DNA of 64,000 nucleotides from an uncultured Candidatus Peribacteria bacterium. Its GTDB lineage: Bacteria > Patescibacteriota > Gracilibacteria > UBA1369 > 2-02-FULL-48-14. A program made the translations under genes and the position numbers. Positions 61,770 to 64,000 of this stretch are shown one piece after another. Each line of letters begins with the position of its first letter. The first letter of the stretch is position 1. The DNA lies in the NCBI GenBank assembly GCA_964387375.1, contig CAYLWB010000002.1, positions 27,173 to 91,172 on the forward strand. The letters are read 5' to 3'. The notes under the pieces are model-generated. The model was not told the origin of the DNA. It saw only the letters and a list, made by a program, of their open reading frames with translations, and did no database searches.

Positions 61770-63915
61770 CTGTAATTTCCTGTTCAAAGTTGTCCACAAT
61801 ACCGTTGTCTCCCGTCACTTCTAGAGTGATGGTGTAGGTGCCGGGCTCTTCGTAGAGGTGTGCTTCGGGCTGACGGTCAAAACTGACGTCACCATCTCCA
61901 AAATTCCATTCATAAGATTGAATGGTTCCCTGAGAACAAGAAGGCTGCACAGTCACGTAGAGAGGTGCTTTACCGCTGTCGACATTCAAGTTGAAACAAG
62001 CCGTGAGCGCTACAGGACGTACCACCACTTGCACGCTGGCAGTATCACGAGTGCCGTCATTGCCGATCACAGTCACAGTCGCTGTAAAAGTTCCCACAGA
62101 GGTGTAGCGGTAGCTCACGCTGGAGCCACCCACATGGCCATCGCTACCGTCCCCAAAGTCGTATTCGTAAGACAAAATGCTTCCCTCTTGGTAAGTAGAT
62201 CCAGAAGCATCAAAGCGTACAACGAGAGGCACCTCCCCATTGGAAAGATCCGTTTCAAGTCGAGCAATGATTCCTTGCTCTGTGACTTTCACATTCACCA
62301 GAGTTTCTGCCTCATGGCCCTCCGCATCCGTCACAAGAAGACGCGCTTCGTAATTACCCACTTCCTGGTAGGTGTATTTCACCGCTTCGCCACGGTCATC
62401 AAGAGTTCCATCGTTATCAAAATCCCAAGCGTAGTCCACCAAATCGTCATCTGGATCAAGAGAATTGGAGGCATCAAAGTCTATGGTTAGAGGCACGCTG
62501 CCCTCAATGGTTCCAGATTTTGCGCTGGGGGTGCTCGTGATCACTGCTTGAGGTTTGCTACCAGGGTCCACCACTTCCACAATCAATGAAGCCGTATCTG
62601 TTTCTCCATTGGCATCAGCCACAGTAAGCAAGATTTCGTAGACTCCAGTTTCAGTATAGGTGTGGTTGGTGCTGCGGCTTTGAGCCGTGCTGCCATCTCC
62701 AAAATCCCACGTATATTTACCAATTGCACTGTCATCACTCTTAGATTGATCAGCAGTGAAGCTGTATTTTTCATTCACAAAATATTTTTGCCCTTCTGGA
62801 ACCGTAGAGGTGATCACGGCTTGCAGTCCTTGTACCCCCACTTGCAGAGTTTTCGTGACCACGTCGTATTCACCGTTGTTGTCGGTCACACGGAGGCTGA
62901 TTTCATAGTCTCCCTCTTGTTCAAAGGTGTAATCCACCGTCTCGCCTTCTTCATCATCGAAGCGCCCATCCCCATCCATGTCCCATTCGTAGGACACGAT
63001 CTCCCCATCGGGATCGCTGGATTTGGAAGCATCAAAATTCACGGTGAGCGGTGCCCCACCTTTGTCAGGATCCATGCTGAAGTCGGCGGCTACCAATTCG
63101 TTCTTGATTCCCACTTCTGTACTGAATTCAGCTTCAAGCAGTTCTCCACTCTTGATGTTCATGTAGTTCACAGAAAGCGTCACAGTGTAAAGCCCGTCTT
63201 TATCGGCCTTTTCCACGTAGCGGTGGGATACAATTTGTCCGTTTCCCTCTCCTCCATCCCCAAAGTCCCAGCTATAAGAAAGCACTTGGTAGACCTTGCT
63301 ATCAAGAGGAATGGCACTTGCATCAAAGGTCACATCTATCGGTGCAGTGAGTCCAATAATCACTTCGGGATCGGTCAAAATGGCGGATTCGTAGCGCTCT
63401 TCCAAAATGAGTTTTGGGCCAAGGAACCAGATTCCTACCAACCAGAGAATAGCGAGTAAGAAGAATGCAAGTCCGCTAAACAAGCCATGCTTTGTCGCCT
63501 TCTTTTTTTCGTCCACCTTCTCCTTCTTCATGAAGAGGGCTTTGAACATAAAAAAGAGCGCACTGAGTAGAGCCCCCACCACTACAATTCCCAACAAAAC
63601 GTTGAAGATGACCATAACAAACCAATTGAATTGCAACTGGCTAATGGGCAGATAGTTGAAAAGACTGAAGGGTGTTGCACCCACAACGAGAGCCCATACA
63701 ATGGTGAACAGCAAAAGGAGGGTATAAAGCGATGCACTAAAAAGTGCTAAACGTTTGCGTGATTGTTTTTTTAGAGCGGCTTTTTCTTCTGGCGTGAGGA
63801 TTTTCTTTTGCTCGGGTGTAGGCACCGGTTTGATTTCGATACCAGAAGGATTGGGCGTGGGTGTTGAATCAGGCATAAGATTATTTTTTGGAAGCAACAA
63901 GAGCAAAAACTGCAA
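61762..63915 (-). CDS. membrane-anchored protein with about six tandem PKD domains
   Basis: N-terminal TM helices and repeated WDFGDG-type motifs (YSWDFGDGG, YEWDMDGDG, YTWDFGDGS, YAWDFDNDG, YEYDFGDGS, YEWNFGDGD). ATG at 63876 (MPDSTPT...) is a likely start. Confidence 0.8.
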   Translation of the reverse strand: MQFLLLLLPKNNLMPDSTPTPNPSGIEIKPVPTPEQKKILTPEEKAALKKQSRKRLALFSASLYTLLLLFTIVWALVVGATPFSLFNYLPISQLQFNWFVMVIFNVLLGIVVVGALLSALFFMFKALFMKKEKVDEKKKATKHGLFSGLAFFLLAILWLVGIWFLGPKLILEERYESAILTDPEVIIGLTAPIDVTFDASAIPLDSKVYQVLSYSWDFGDGGEGNGQIVSHRYVEKADKDGLYTVTLSVNYMNIKSGELLEAEFSTEVGIKNELVAADFSMDPDKGGAPLTVNFDASKSSDPDGEIVSYEWDMDGDGRFDDEEGETVDYTFEQEGDYEISLRVTDNNGEYDVVTKTLQVGVQGLQAVITSTVPEGQKYFVNEKYSFTADQSKSDDSAIGKYTWDFGDGSTAQSRSTNHTYTETGVYEILLTVADANGETDTASLIVEVVDPGSKPQAVITSTPSAKSGTIEGSVPLTIDFDASNSLDPDDDLVDYAWDFDNDGTLDDRGEAVKYTYQEVGNYEARLLVTDAEGHEAETLVNVKVTEQGIIARLETDLSNGEVPLVVRFDASGSTYQEGSILSYEYDFGDGSDGHVGGSSVSYRYTSVGTFTATVTVIGNDGTRDTASVQVVVRPVALTACFNLNVDSGKAPLYVTVQPSCSQGTIQSYEWNFGDGDVSFDRQPEAHLYEEPGTYTITLEVTGDNGIVDNFEQEITVN

Positions 63916-64000
63916 GAGTCACGACTAGTGCAGCGCCGATGAGTAGGAAGAGCATTTGATTTGGGGTAACACTCAAGAGATTAGCACTCCCTAAGAAACC

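Noticed and set aside
1-64000. CRISPR arrays, rRNA genes, IS/transposase genes, reverse transcriptases (retron, DGR, group II intron)
   Set aside because: Reading the intergenic regions found no regularly spaced direct repeats longer than a heptamer and no rRNA-like stretch. No ORF has transposase DDE or RT YxDD motifs. The only repeats seen are the TGTCTCA cluster and short palindromes.
1-64000. Alternative genetic code (UGA recoding, as in some candidate phyla)
   Set aside because: Recognisable genes are full-length under the standard code. TGA clearly terminates genes in the ATGA start/stop overlaps, for example pgi/tkt at 3071-3074.

Overview
The window is bacterial and uses the standard genetic code: long uninterrupted ORFs, and TGA serves as a stop in ATGA start/stop overlaps. 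Genes are tightly packed, and many hypothetical proteins have no motif I recognise, which fits an uncultivated lineage, though taxonomy cannot be settled from sequence alone.

Layout:
- 1-11.7 kb is housekeeping: tRNA-His, SPFH protein, LOG-family protein, pgi-tkt, a 6PGDH-like gene, rpmA, mutY and an M23 peptidase.
- About 11.8-32.1 kb is an accessory, mobile-element-like island that starts right after tRNA-Gln(UUG). It carries:
  - a large serine recombinase;
  - a complete Type I R-M operon (hsdRMS);
  - a GIY-YIG/DUF4357 + RecB/Cas4-like-DEDD nuclease operon;
  - an orphan PD-(D/E)xK protein;
  - a terminase (TerS/TerL) + two DNA methyltransferases operon with no capsid or portal genes, facing a LexA-like repressor;
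  - a HEPN + PD-(D/E)xK two-gene operon;
  - several small unknown genes.
- 32.2-39.3 kb is a long CsoR-headed copper-resistance operon: CopB-type P-type ATPase, YHS protein, Met-rich multicopper oxidase and an unusual beta-propeller/BNR fusion.
- 39.7-43.9 kb is a MarR-MacAB-like efflux operon.
- 46-53 kb is one co-directional minus-strand run: ECF sigma, anti-sigma::M23 fusion, Tmk-like kinase, an unknown 365-aa protein, a Fur/Zur-type regulator, a ZIP transporter and an MFS transporter.
- 53-64 kb is housekeeping again: RRM RNA-binding protein, pyrD, ABC-2 transporter, FKBP, a minimal PolX, rsmE, rsmG, rlmE and a PKD-repeat surface protein.

I found no rRNA, CRISPR array, reverse transcriptase or transposase. 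The best candidates for an undescribed system are the nuclease-rich modules in the island. All domain calls come from reading motifs in the translations; no database search was run.
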